The notes beneath the pieces were generated by a model. That model was not told the origin of the DNA. It was given only the letters and a program-made list of their open reading frames with translations, and made no database searches. Below, one piece after another: positions 53,210 to 64,000 of a DNA stretch of 64,000 nucleotides. The translations under genes were made by a program, and so were the position numbers. Each line of letters opens with the position of its first letter. Positions within the stretch are counted from its first letter, which is position 1. Source of the DNA: Ramazzottius varieornatus (taxonomy: Eukaryota > Animalia > Tardigrada); contig BDGG01000019.1 in NCBI GenBank assembly GCA_001949185.1, positions 99,690 through 163,689 of the forward strand. The letters run 5' to 3'.

Positions 53210-53697
53210 CCTTAATATCTGTCTAGCCGCCAGCGAAAAGGCGCGTACTAGTAACCTGCAACGAGAAATAAAATTCTTCCAGAAAAGAGAAATAAAAATA
53301 CAGTCAAATAACGATAGAAATCCAGAAGTCCAGACTCCATTTTTCCGAATGGGAAAGTGCATGAATGACATGACATACTTTGACATGGCCTGATATGACA
53401 TGCCAGATGAATTTCGCAATCGTCGTAACTACGAATTGATTGTAAAACGATTGTTGATTGGCTTATTTCAGTTGTTTGTTTAGATGCTTCGATCTTTCGA
53501 AGTTTTGGTTTCCGCTGCCACTTTCCAGCAACGTTCCAGCAAAAGTATTCTTTCTCCATATTCCAGAAGTATCAGTCGGCCGTCCTGTCGCTCAGCTCGG
53601 GTCTAAGGGCTTGAGCGTATCGGTGTGAAAGGAGAGCAACACGGGGAAGGCAGACGGACCTATCGTAACCAGCCGAAAAGAACAGCTTCGTGCCAAA

Positions 53698-54148
53698 ATG
53701 CTCCTGCGGTTTTATCTGGACGACAAGGGAAATCGGATCTACACGTTGAAGGTTACTAGCCATCGCTAAACGGCTAGGTGTCCCTTGTGGCTACCGCTGA
53801 AGCTTGGAGTTTCATATTTTTGCAGGATCTGGACCCGTTAGGACACCCCACTCTGACAGCGCATCCAGGTAATAAACGTAGATGGGACGTCGGCAGATGC
53901 GGACCGTTTCCCAGGTGGCGAACACGTTGAGTTTACCATCAATGGAAACCGTGCGGTGCTTGAGATGACCGATTCTGTCATTTACCCATGTTCCACATTA
54001 TCATACTCTGTCCAGCTTGGCCTAATGGCGTATTCTCGTACTTGCAGCCAAGTTTTCTCCGGAGGACAAGTTTTCCAAGCAGCGTATCATCGTTAAGAAG
54101 CGATTCGGCCTCCTCATGACGCAGCTACCGGAGACTCCAGAGGACTAG
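53698..54148 (+). CDS. NOP10: H/ACA RNP subunit Nop10 (3 exons)
   Basis: [18 protein letters not shown] / [14 protein letters not shown] / [28 protein letters not shown]. Confidence 0.93.
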
Positions 54149-54391
54149 TCGACTCCTTGCCATGTCACATACCATGCTGTTATTGGTATCCTTTTTTTCT
54201 TCTGCGTTGAAAAGGAATGATAAGGTTGCGTTCAGACCAACTAAAGTCGCGAGCAAACGGGTTTTGAGTTAGATAAACTTCCGCCTGATCAGAGTGGTCA
54301 CTGACGACTTTCAATCTCAAAAGCATCAGATGGGAAACAACCTTTCATAGTGAAAACAGACTTCTTATCGAGCATTATTCTGTTTGCTTCA

Positions 54392-56041
54392 TCAAGGAAG
54401 ATCCGGTTCACCTTTCTTCGCAATCGGTCCGGTCACATCTGTTCGGACAGTTCCTCTTGGCTTCACCGTGGGTAACTTAGCGTCAGCCGGAATCGAGATA
54501 CCTGGGGTTGGATGGGGGTTCACAAACGGGTGCTGTCCTTCGAACTCTTTCGGTAGCATAATCGCGTCCCGCAGCATTGCCTACAGAAACGTCGGTTTAT
54601 AAATCAAATCTTGCTCGTTCCTGGCGAATACAACGAAAGACAGTCTACCTGTCTGCGAAAAATCATCGGTTGCCAATCATATAATCGCATTCTATCAATG
54701 GTGTGGTACAGAATATCCACGACTAATTTGGCAAATTCTTTGAAGCGCTGAACGACAAGGTCCGCCGTGACATGCTCCGAGTCTTTCCAGCAGTCGGTGT
54801 CGGTTACTAGCCCGATGGAAGCGTATGCCATCCCGAGTTCGTTGGCCAAAACCACCTAAGGAGAAAGATTCGTAGAAAAAAATCGAGAATTTTCCGCAAA
54901 CTGGAATTCAGGTGCGTTTTTTGAGAATGAAGGGATGGCCAAAGTTACTTCGGGAACGGACGTCATTCCGACGACTTGGCAGTTCCAGGCGCGCAAAAGC
55001 TGGCTTTCAGCTTTCGAAGAGTACCGAGGCCCTTCGATCACCGCGACAGTCCCCGTCGAATGATATCTCGGAACGTTCAGGTCTTTCGCAACTTCAAGGA
55101 GGATCTGACGAACTTCTTGGTCGAAAGGGTATGCCATGGGAATGTGACAGACACCCGGAAGACTATTGGGAGCTCCATCGTGGAAGGTTTGGTCCCGTCG
55201 AGTGGTCCTTCATAGGGGAAAAACCCATGAATGGCACGCAGAGTACGGGAGCAAAATGTAAGAGACCCTGGAAACAAACCGGTCGACGAATTGGTCGATA
55301 AATACAATATCTCCAGGAAGAATTTCTTCCCGCAGCGATCCAACGGCGTTGGTCACCAGCACATGCGTGCATCCTTCCGCTCTGAGGGCCCAAAGGTTGG
55401 CGCGATAATTGATTAGGCCGGGATGTATGGTGTGATTGCGCCCGTGGCTGAGGAAAGCAAGATGTTATTAGCGTGTTGCACAGCCAGAGCCCAAGAGAGG
55501 TAAACGACTAGCTTGCACTGGAGCGTCAAAAGCATAGTCGACAAACTCGCGCACGACGTCACTGCGAAACAGCACCGGAAGAAAGCTTCCGGAGGCGTCA
55601 TGCGCTGACATCACGAAAACGAGAATGGTGGGCAATCTCACCGGGCAAGAAGAACAACATCCACTCCATGAATTTGCCCCGTAATTAATCGATCTGAAGG
55701 CTAAATTGAAGAAGAAACAGGTATATCACTTGCATACAAGAAAGCATGAAGCGGAATATTCAAAAGAGGATCGATTAGAGGGGAAGATTTGCCGAATGGA
55801 CTGACCGGTCCCCATGGCGTGGTTACTTCCCTCGCCACCGGTGATTTGAGGATGTTGGGTTCGTCCAGTCCAGTCCCTCCGATAACGCCAATCTAAAGTG
55901 AATTCATGAATGAGTAAGCACTACAAACGGAGCAGATAAGATATTTAAGTCAGCGAGTTGACAAGGGACGATTTCATGTGCCACGTGTTAGTCACCTAGA
56001 CATGCAGAAATTGCACCCACCTTGATTTTATTGCCAAACAT
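54392..56041 (-). CDS. MTAP: S-methyl-5'-thioadenosine phosphorylase
   Basis: [18 protein letters not shown]...[35 protein letters not shown]. Confidence 0.92.
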
Positions 56042-57174
56042 GATCGGATTCCGAAGATAATCCAGCTGGAACGAAAGAGGACGTTTCTCCAAGCAGATAT
56101 CCGCAAAGGCACAAAACGACACCGACCGGAAGAGAATGATTTCGAACTGTAGACTGATTTAGTACTTAGTGTTTTCAGTTTTGATGAAATCAACAATCAA
56201 GTGAGCCACATTTCAAGTCAGATGCCCTGTGGTCCGTGCCACAGGCCCACAGTGCCACTTCTTTCTTCGCTCCGGTTTCGAAAACTATCAGTTTTGCAGA
56301 GTAAAACCATTTTTCTGCTCCGGTTCACGGAGAGGATTTAGCAGAGCATCCCAGCAAATCAACACTCTGTTCTGAGGGACAAGATAACTCAAGTTTCCTT
56401 TACCGCATCCCTCGGGTCCTCCACCTCGCGTGTTGAGGTCGCCGAGTTCGCTAGCCGGTCCTCGCTGGTCACATGAAGTTCTGTACCTTCCTCATTCTCG
56501 GCAAAGCAGGTTAGGTCCTCTTCAACCAAAAAATAGTTTTAAAATTACTGGTATTATGGTACCCGAACTTCACAACTATATTCACAATACCCATCGGAAG
56601 TACCTTGCGTTGCCGAAATCAGTAATGAGCATAACAAACACCCAAGTACGATCATCCACGTGCGCATCCATCGATTCCGAAGCCTTCCCATACCATCAAA
56701 CTTGAAGTGGAAATCCTCTCAAAACTTCTCCGCCGCGTTATATTTGACAGCACATACCCCTGCATGTCACCATCCTCTCATGAAAAGTTCGCTTATGTGT
56801 ATCAGCTTTGTTGGTGCATTAACACGTGTACTGTACATAGCGCAGGAAGACCCTGCAATCTCCGTTTCGTGAAAACGTGCGGCGAGTCATTCCAGTTCGC
56901 CTTACTGCTGGGTACGGCAAAAGATAAGAAAGAGCGCGCCCTCAGAATTTTCCGTGCAAGAAGTTCATCGGGTCCCCAAAGATAGTTTCCGCGCCCATGT
57001 CTTCTGAAAGATCTTGCGCGTGTGGGTTGTGGGAATTTACTGCACAATCGCCAACGTCCACGTTGAGTTGCCGAGATACTTGTGAAAGGCACTCCCATGT
57101 TCTCCTAAACATTCCTATGATAGCGCGAGCTTTCCTACCTCGAGCTTTGCTCGTCCGTAACATCAGACAAAACT

Positions 57175-57774
57175 ATGCCCAGCAAGGAAGACGCCGAGAG
57201 AAAGAAAAACCCAGTCCATATCGCCAACTCCTGGTAAGTGTCCCGCGTTCTCTGCGAAAGTTTTTCCTGTTTAACTCACGACATGTTTGTGTACAGGCGT
57301 GATCATTGCAGAAATGAAGTAGCCACAGAAGCCCAATGGAAAGCGGGCTACGGAAAGTTCCTGGTCGGCGAGAAGCCACGTCGCCGCGAAACCAAGGAGG
57401 AACCACTCCGTCTGCCCGCTCGTGGTCGCTTATCTTTGACCTACGATCAAGATATCCAGATTGATTTGGCCAACCGGCATATCCAGCGGACATTCCGCGT
57501 TCCACAGCTCTTCTCGCATCACAACTACCCAAAGCAGCCGTCGTACAAGGTGGAGCTGCCTGATCGACCCCTGACTCACATCGTCCACGATACCCACACG
57601 ACAACTATTCCCAAGATGGAAACCTGGACGCCTCCGATCCCCAGAACGGAGAACCAAAAGTACGGATGGCTGGTGAATGGACCTGTCTCAGACACGTTTG
57701 AAGGGATCGCGAAAGCGGTGAGACGAAGAGGCGACCTGGCGAAACGCATCGGACTACCTTACGAAGCCTGGTGA
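57175..57774 (+). CDS. C20orf85/CIMIP1-like ciliary microtubule inner protein candidate (2 exons)
   Basis: Spliced MPSKEDAERKKNPVHIANSWRDHCRNEVATEAQWKAGYGKFL...IPRTENQKYGW...RGDLAKRIGLPYEAW resembles the family's N-terminal W..W.FL and PxT...GW motifs (from memory). Confidence 0.5.
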
Positions 57775-57874
57775 AACCACGATAACAAAATGCATTTCAA
57801 AAATACTTCATTCTGGAGTTGTCAAACTCAAACAGCGAACTTGAGGGAAGAAAGTTTGCACAAAGGAGTGAGAA

Positions 57875-58861
57875 TCAGACAAGCCTACCGAGAAAGACAC
57901 TACGTGGATATTTTTTCGAAAGACCTTCGTACTGTACAAAAAATATATCTGCTATAAAATATAAAATTTTACCTGACAGAGATAAACTCTTTACTCGACA
58001 GATACTTTCCACGAACGTTAGTATTGACCGATGGTACCCGATCACCTGTGGTCAAACATCAAAACAACGCCTTGAACATTGAGCGCATTCACAAATATTC
58101 CTAGTTGGATCTCTCCGACGTACCGTAAAGAACCAAGCGACTAGGCATACTGGGATGCATGTTCCTGGTCCATTACAAAGTATCTGTAACGGAAAGACGC
58201 AAATGGTGAATCCATAGCTCCATAGAAAGGAGCAAAACATGCGTACGTACCATGTTGGGCTTTTCCCTGTAGACAACCGGAAACGCGTATATTATCGCGT
58301 AAAATGTCGTCCAGGCGGTAGACAACCATGATTGTCGTACTTCCCGACTGCGTGGGATCTTCAGTAGTTTTATCTACATCCGAAAAAACCGTTAGGCAAG
58401 CGCGAGGTGGTATGTTTCGCAGAAGGATCCTTACTTCTGTTAGTGACTTCCGGTTGGTAGCTCGGACTTTCGCTTCACTGGTCGTGTCCGTTTCGGCCAG
58501 CACGAAGACGACGGGATCGTACTTCTCAGGGTCCATCCTTTCCAGCAAGCATAGAGCTTCGGCTGTGTGTCCACCTGCAATGGAAAGTATGTAAGAATAA
58601 AAAACATGCAGAAGAATTTTGAGAGCGATCAACAGGTGGAAAAATCGGAACGATGGAGGAGTGTTCTGCCCAACAAATCAAGTATGCACAAAACATACCC
58701 GAGCCTAAAATCACCATCACTTTCTGTGGCCGTGTTCCGAAATCTCTGTGCACTGCCGGATGCCCTCTTTGGAAGACGAAGAAGTGGATGGTTCGGTGCA
58801 TCAGATAGAATATCACAAAGGACACGGATCCCACAAGCAGTAAGAGAAACATAATGAGCAT
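57875..58861 (-). CDS. ALG14: UDP-GlcNAc transferase subunit ALG14
   Basis: N-terminal TM helix; VILGSGGHTAE, IPRSREVRQS, ILCNGPGTCIPV, FVESICRVKSLSLSGKILY. Confidence 0.94.
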
Positions 58862-59049
58862 GAGGGCTGGAGGCGATCCCGATGATCTGGTGATTCAGAC
58901 TGATTCTGCTGGATTCTGGATGGAAAATGGAAAGTTGGAGCAGCCCGTGACCAGCAAGGGGAGTCCCGGCAGGCCGGCAGACTGCCGTGGAGCCGTAGAG
59001 GGCAGGGGCTGCGGGCATGCTTCCCACGAAGTTCCCACAGGCCACAGTC

Positions 59050-59485
59050 TAGAGCACTGGGCCGCAGGTCCAAAAGTACGCTGCAACTGTGCTGCGCACA
59101 TTACCAGGGCGCTGTACGCTGCACTGTGCTGCACAACTTTCATGCCCAGTGGCTAAGCAGCTGTGTTGCAGATGCACGTTGACCTGGTGCAACTGTACGG
59201 AACGGCGATGTATTGACGTGGTTTGTAATTTAGACAGCGAAATCAGTAGCCCGCCTGAAGAACGTTGCCCTAACGTACGGCAAAGCTGAGACGGCAGACG
59301 TTCGAATGCCCAAAAACTGTAATTTTTGTTAGGTTTCGGTAGGTGCATCTGCGCGGTAGTCTATGGCTTTCTGCTGTATGCTGTGCTGTGCCGCACAAAT
59401 TTCGTCAGTTCACGCGCTGCAGCTGTACTGCAGCACAGCACAGCTACAGTACAGTACAGCGCATGCGGCCAGATTCCGTGCTCTA
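59050..59485. mobile_element. hAT-type MITE copy 1, 436 bp
   Basis: TIR tagagcac...ggccgca / tgcggcc...gtgctcta; 8-bp TSD ccacagtc at 59042-59049 and 59486-59493; GCTGCA-rich subterminal repeats. Confidence 0.9.
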
Positions 59486-59532
59486 CCACAGTCCCACTCA
59501 AGCGCGGGCGGATCCCGAAAACCGCTGTGTCC

Positions 59533-59921
59533 TAGAGCACTGGGCCGCAGGTTCAAAATTACGCAGCAACTGTGCTGCACAACTTTCATGCGCAGTAGCT
59601 GGGCAGCTGCGCTGCAGATGCACATGGACCTGTTGCAACTGCGCTGCACGCTGATGTACTGACTTATGTTATAGTATTGTCGGCAAAATGGGTAGTCCAC
59701 CGGGAAAACGTGGTCATACGGTACGGCAAAACTCAGATGCCTGAAACTCGAATACCCAAAAGTACCAATTTTTGTTAGGTGTTGGTCCGTGGATCTGCGC
59801 GGCACTCTTCGGCTTCCTGCTGCATGCTGTGCTGCACAAATTTCGTCAATTTCCGTACTGCAGCTGTGCTGCACCACAACTGCAGTGCAGTACAGCGCAT
59901 GCGGCCAGATTCCGTGCTCTA
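59533..59921. mobile_element. hAT-type MITE copy 2, 389 bp
   Basis: Same termini as copy 1, with its own 8-bp TSD ctgtgtcc at 59525-59532 and 59922-59929. Confidence 0.9.
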
Positions 59922-60066
59922 CTGTGTCCGTATCATCGACAAGGTTGCCCCCAAGGGCCCAAGGACGAAAATTTCGAGGGTGAGCACACGGAACTGTACT
60001 TGACGGCAAGTTGACGGTAAAAATTCAAAGTTGGAATGGCAGCTATCGAAAAAGGAATTGTACGTA

Positions 60067-60700
60067 CACGCACGACGATATATTACGCGCCAGTAAAAAT
60101 TGCGGACCAGGCGTTTTCGCTACGGCGGCACGGGCAGGTGATTCTTGCTTCAGGTAAAAACCACATCGAAGGCTGCACTGCTGTACGTGCGTGCTGGATA
60201 TTGGGCCGAGGAGCTAAAGCTTGTCATATTAATGTTATAGCAGTCAGATCTTTACTATACCTTCAACAGTTCAAACTATTCCAAGGCTTCTCCGGCCGCC
60301 GGGAGAAATTCGACAGCAGCATGGAAGCGCTAAAGTAAAACAGCCGATCAGCTGATGACCACTGTCTATGACAATTTTCTACGGTTGAATATTTTTATGT
60401 TAATCTATTCCCTCGATAGTTGTGCGAATTACGTAATCAAGCCAGTAAATTACACCCGCACTGGTATCGCTGATTGTTTGATTGTCGCCCATTATAGCTC
60501 TTGACTGGGAAGCAGTCTTTGATTGAAGGTACAGATACTTTCTGTTCCCCGCCGGATGATATTTACCATGACAGTCACGTGATTCGCAGAACTTTCGAGG
60601 GAATACAGTATGTCATTTGTGCGAAATCTGTTTCTGACTTCCATAAGAATTGTAAATTTGTCGTCTTTTCCGCCTGGCGCGTAATATCTCGTGGTGCGTG
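60067..60700. mobile_element. TA-flanked MITE, 634 bp, related to the element at 9195-9521
   Basis: TIR cacgcacgacgatatattacgcgccag / ctggcgcgtaatatctcgtggtgcgtg, with TA on both sides. Confidence 0.88.
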
Positions 60701-61676
60701 TACTTGGATTCTTTTTCTTGGTCAGTTCGTCTAAGCTCGGCAGCGCCGCTTCCAAATTCACCGGTCTGTTGTTGAGAAAAACTTCGTCTTCTCCATCTCC
60801 ACTGTGTTCCCGAAAGGTGAGTTCCTCAGATAGTTTTCTTTCGGCTACTGAATCGCCATTACTGGTCCGTCGGGTACCATCAGGTCCATCACCGTTGGAC
60901 AGAACCTTCTCAACTTCTGGTAGGATCATTATCCATAGTGGCATGTGGATGACCGTCGTCGCTTGTCCTAAGACCTGACAATGGAAAGCCAGCTTCCATG
61001 AGTATCGAACGGCGAGACCACGGAAGGATGGGCAAGTCGATTTGGGAATGACTTCGGAGTAAAACACTAAAAGCCAAAAGAGACTCGGTAAATTTCGATC
61101 GAGGCCGCGCTGGGCACGGATCTGAAGGGCAGCACTTCGCTCGACCATAGAAAAATTGTACTGAAGCGCAAGACTAAAGGTCAAGCTCGGCACAGACCTT
61201 AATGGTAAATTCAACGACATCTTCGTGTCGGCCATGCATGACGTCATCATTGTCCATGAAATCTCACGTCCAACGCTAACGTCACACTTAACTTGACAAA
61301 GAAATGCCCGAAAATCGGACTGGAAGGAAAGACAGTGACTTACAGTACCACTGAATTCTTCTCCTGGGTGAAGTGTGAGATTGCCAACAAGGATCTTAGG
61401 AATGGTTGAAATGACTGTGAAGGTATTCAACTCAGTTCCAGTAGAGGAATTCCGCCTGCCTGCAACTTCCGGTGGCTCGATCACTGGCTTGATGGGAAGC
61501 AATACCTTTGTATTTTCCACCGAGCACTGACAATGGATATGGGCACTGACAAAGGCAATAGTTCTCTTCTCCACTGGTGTCGAACCTGAACTAGCAAGCA
61601 AAGCAACCCTACAATACAATCCTTCGCCTGAAACGTGGATAGCTCCTCTGGTCAAACTCGCAATCAAATCAACCAT
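60492..61676 (-). CDS. RGP1: RGP1-like Rab6 GEF subunit, N-terminal half; the frame runs into a MITE after 60701
   Basis: MVDLIASLTRGAIHVSGEGLYC; STIPKILVGNLTLHPGE; FYSEVIP...PSFRGLAVRYSWKL..HCQ; probable intron at 61067-61348. Confidence 0.72.
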   Translation of the reverse strand: MVDLIASLTRGAIHVSGEGLYCRVALLASSGSTPVEKRTIAFVSAHIHCQCSVENTKVLLPIKPVIEPPEVAGRRNSSTGTELNTFTVISTIPKILVGNLTLHPGEEFSGTVSHCLSFQSDFRAFLCQVKCDVSVGREISWTMMTSCMADTKMSLNLPLRSVPSLTFSLALQYNFSMVERSAALQIRAQRGLDRNLPSLFWLLVFYSEVIPKSTCPSFRGLAVRYSWKLAFHCQVLGQATTVIHMPLWIMILPEVEKVLSNGDGPDGTRRTSNGDSVAERKLSEELTFREHSGDGEDEVFLNNRPVNLEAALPSLDELTKKKNPSTRTTRYYAPGGKDDKFTILMEVRNRFRTNDILYSLESSANHVTVMVNIIRRGTESICTFNQRLLPSQEL

Positions 61677-61913
61677 GTCAACAAAGGTTTATTCGGAACA
61701 CAACAACGTAACTCGGTCGTCTTACGCAGCTCAAAAAGTACGTACTCTGATTTCAAAAAATCAAAACTAACGTGGGTAAAAACTAAAAATCGATAGAAGC
61801 TTTAGACCAGAGAAAAACAGAGAGAGTATGTTGAGAAAACAGTGAAACAACTTACACGACGTCAGTCAACTCGGCTGACCAGTCAAGAAAGGCCTAAAAA
61901 GTTGCTGATGTTA

Positions 61914-62291
61914 TTAAAACTGACGTTCTGTAGGTTCAACGTGACGTTCCGATAGTGTTAGCTCTTTTTTCGAGGTAGGTTGGAGAGTGGATGATGGGGC
62001 GGATGAAGATGGAGACGCCAGAACTGGGGCAAGCATGAGCTGGTAGCTAGGCGGAACCAGGTACCCGGCACACGGTAGTTCTATTGGGCAAATGTTCGCC
62101 CAGGTTCCTTGTCCACCATCACCGAACGTCTGAAGTGGGGCAGGGACGAGCTGGTAGCCAGGAGGCACTAGGTATGCAGCACACGGTAGTCTTATTGGGC
62201 AGACGTTTACCCACGTTCCTTGTTGACCATCACCCAACCTGTAAACAGATCCGACCACTAGCAGGAGAATAGCCGTGACCGAGTAAGTCAT
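61914..62291 (-). CDS. Small secreted protein with two 37-aa Cys/Pro-containing repeats
   Basis: Signal-like MTYSVTAILLLVVGSVYRLG, then GDGQQGTWVNVCPIRLPCAAYLVPPGYQLVPAPLQTF / GDGGQGTWANICPIELPCAGYLVPPSYQLMLAP and an S/T/P tail. Confidence 0.6.
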   Translation of the reverse strand: MTYSVTAILLLVVGSVYRLGDGQQGTWVNVCPIRLPCAAYLVPPGYQLVPAPLQTFGDGGQGTWANICPIELPCAGYLVPPSYQLMLAPVLASPSSSAPSSTLQPTSKKELTLSERHVEPTERQF

Positions 62292-62965
62292 GTTCAGGGT
62301 GTTGAGAGTTAGAGTTTCGGCCGTAAAACTTAAAGAGCTCGATAAGCCGAACAAGTAAACCCACGCTTCGGGAAACCTATGGTTTAAGTATACTCCTGAT
62401 GGATTCTCGTTTCATGAAAGCACGCGGTGGATGAAGAACGAAGATTTTGAAGCGGATTCTGCATGGCGGTATCGATATGATCAGCGCTATATAAAGTACG
62501 AGTGCCCACCTGGTTCCATTGTATCTCAAGCGTCCTGGTTCATTGGGAGTTCGTTGAACGGTATTGTCGACTGAATACCAGGAAACCTTCAAGGGCGCAG
62601 ATAGAACTGGATTTCTGGAGAAAATCATCAGCGATGAACTCAATGCGAAAAACTCAGTCATTCTGCGCTGCGTATAATTTACTCCATGACGACATGAACG
62701 TCGAAAACCCATTTGGACGTCTTGGTCAATTTCAGATAGACTCATGCGAAAGATCTTCACATGGCAATCACTTCAGTGAAAGTTGTCTTATATAATGTCG
62801 ACGGACCGGATTCTCCTCGACTTCGACACATTTAACTCCCCTGAAAACAATATCCTCTCATCAACCACATTATACACGAATCACAGAAAACAAAGCTATT
62901 TCAGCCTCTCTGAGACCGTTCCGGAACCTTGTGACAGCACCAGAGACGAAAATACATTATCCAGC

Positions 62966-63851
62966 CTAGTTCAAGTCAATGATATTCTGGTCAGTGTCAT
63001 CAGCTCGAGGTCTTGAGCTCCAGTTCTTCGGTACTCTTGCGACAGGTTCACCATCGTCGTCGTGGTCGTCGCGTTCTTCGGAGTTGAACCGTTGAAAGGG
63101 ATTCTGTTTGTACTGAAAGACGTCTTCCTTCAGGTCCATCTCAACCGGGAAGAGCCCGACCAGCTCGCGAATCTCGGTCGCCGCTTCGTCGTTGTACCGG
63201 CAAATGGCGGCGATGAGTCTTTGAAGCTGGCAGAGAATATCTTGAACTGAAAAATAAAATTCAGTCAGTACAAAACATGGACCATATCGCATCGCATCGC
63301 ATCGGAGAATGCTCTAGTTGCACCCAGAGGACATCTGACAATTGGCAAGGCAGAGAGAACTCTTTGTGAACACCTGCATACCATCGCAGTATAGCAATTT
63401 GCACAGAGATGTTGTATGCAGATACGTGAAAGAGACATCCCTCTGATTGATCCACCGTACTCTCACTCAAAATTCAAGACCCATTTTGCCGCTTACCGTG
63501 TTTCTGATCAAGAAGATCGAGTTTGACAGAAACATCAGCGCGGAGTTTGGAGAACTTCACCCTGGCTAGTTGACGGCATCGGAGAACCAGGCGATACTCG
63601 TAGTTTCCGGTCTCCACTCTGTACAGGGATTCTTGAAGCTGATTGAACGTCAGCTCTTCGTCATCCATCTCCTTTACTTTCAGACAGTACGACTGGAAGA
63701 AAAAGCCATCACACTGTTTCGAAGAACCCTTCAAACCACGGTGGAACTGAGGAAACCTTACCAGGTACTCGAACTTGGCATCGGCGTATTTCTGCACTGT
63801 CAGTTCCGTGTCGGGAATGGCTTTGTGCAGAAACGTTCCCAGATCCGTCAA
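62966..63851 (-). CDS. PICK1: PICK1 (BAR domain and acidic tail; 5' part lies beyond the window)
   Basis: KAIPDTELTVQKYADAKFEYLSYCLKVKEMDDEE...YRVETGNYEYRLVLRCRQ...LLDQKHVQDI...FPVEMDL. Confidence 0.94.
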
Positions 63852-64000
63852 TATCTTCGTACAGAATTACCACACTACCCGTTTATGCATCTTTTCTCTA
63901 TTTCACAATTGGGAAGCCGGGCAGACAAAACGTACACGATTTCTATCCCGAGCGGCGCACGCTTCCAGCCGACAACAAGAAAAAGTGCGCCACTGAAATA

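Noticed and set aside
59049-60014. Cys/Ala-rich ORFs resembling metallothionein or toxin-like proteins
   Set aside because: They are translations of GCTGCA subterminal repeats in TSD-flanked MITEs.

Overview
This is gene-dense eukaryotic (metazoan) genomic DNA with short GT-AG introns and two 50-N gaps. The compact layout is compatible with a small invertebrate genome such as a tardigrade, but that is a guess. Recognisable genes in order: ASH1-like SET methyltransferase (+), decayed and intact secreted intradiol dioxygenase pair (-), BTB remnant, POLA1 (+), URM1 (-), ZIP9 (-), p62/SQSTM1 (-), PFDN2 (-), PDE10-like (+), ATPase inhibitor IF1 (-), LEO1 (+), FAF2 (-), NDUFS7 (+), COQ7 (-), NOP10 (+), MTAP (-), C20orf85-like (+), ALG14 (-), apparently truncated RGP1 (-), a small secreted repeat peptide (-) and the 3' part of PICK1 (-). 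Mobile DNA includes a ~5.3 kb three-gene PIF/Harbinger-like element, four hAT-type MITEs with perfect 8-bp TSDs, three TA-flanked MITEs and a ~700 bp foldback in a POLA1 intron. The most striking unexplained signal is a dispersed palindromic unit, GTGGCGCAC-N25-GTGCGCCAC. It occurs in about 20 places, almost all in introns. Half-site spacing stays near-constant while the spacer sequence drifts. All calls are by-eye motif recognition; no database search was run, and exon boundaries and starts are manual estimates.
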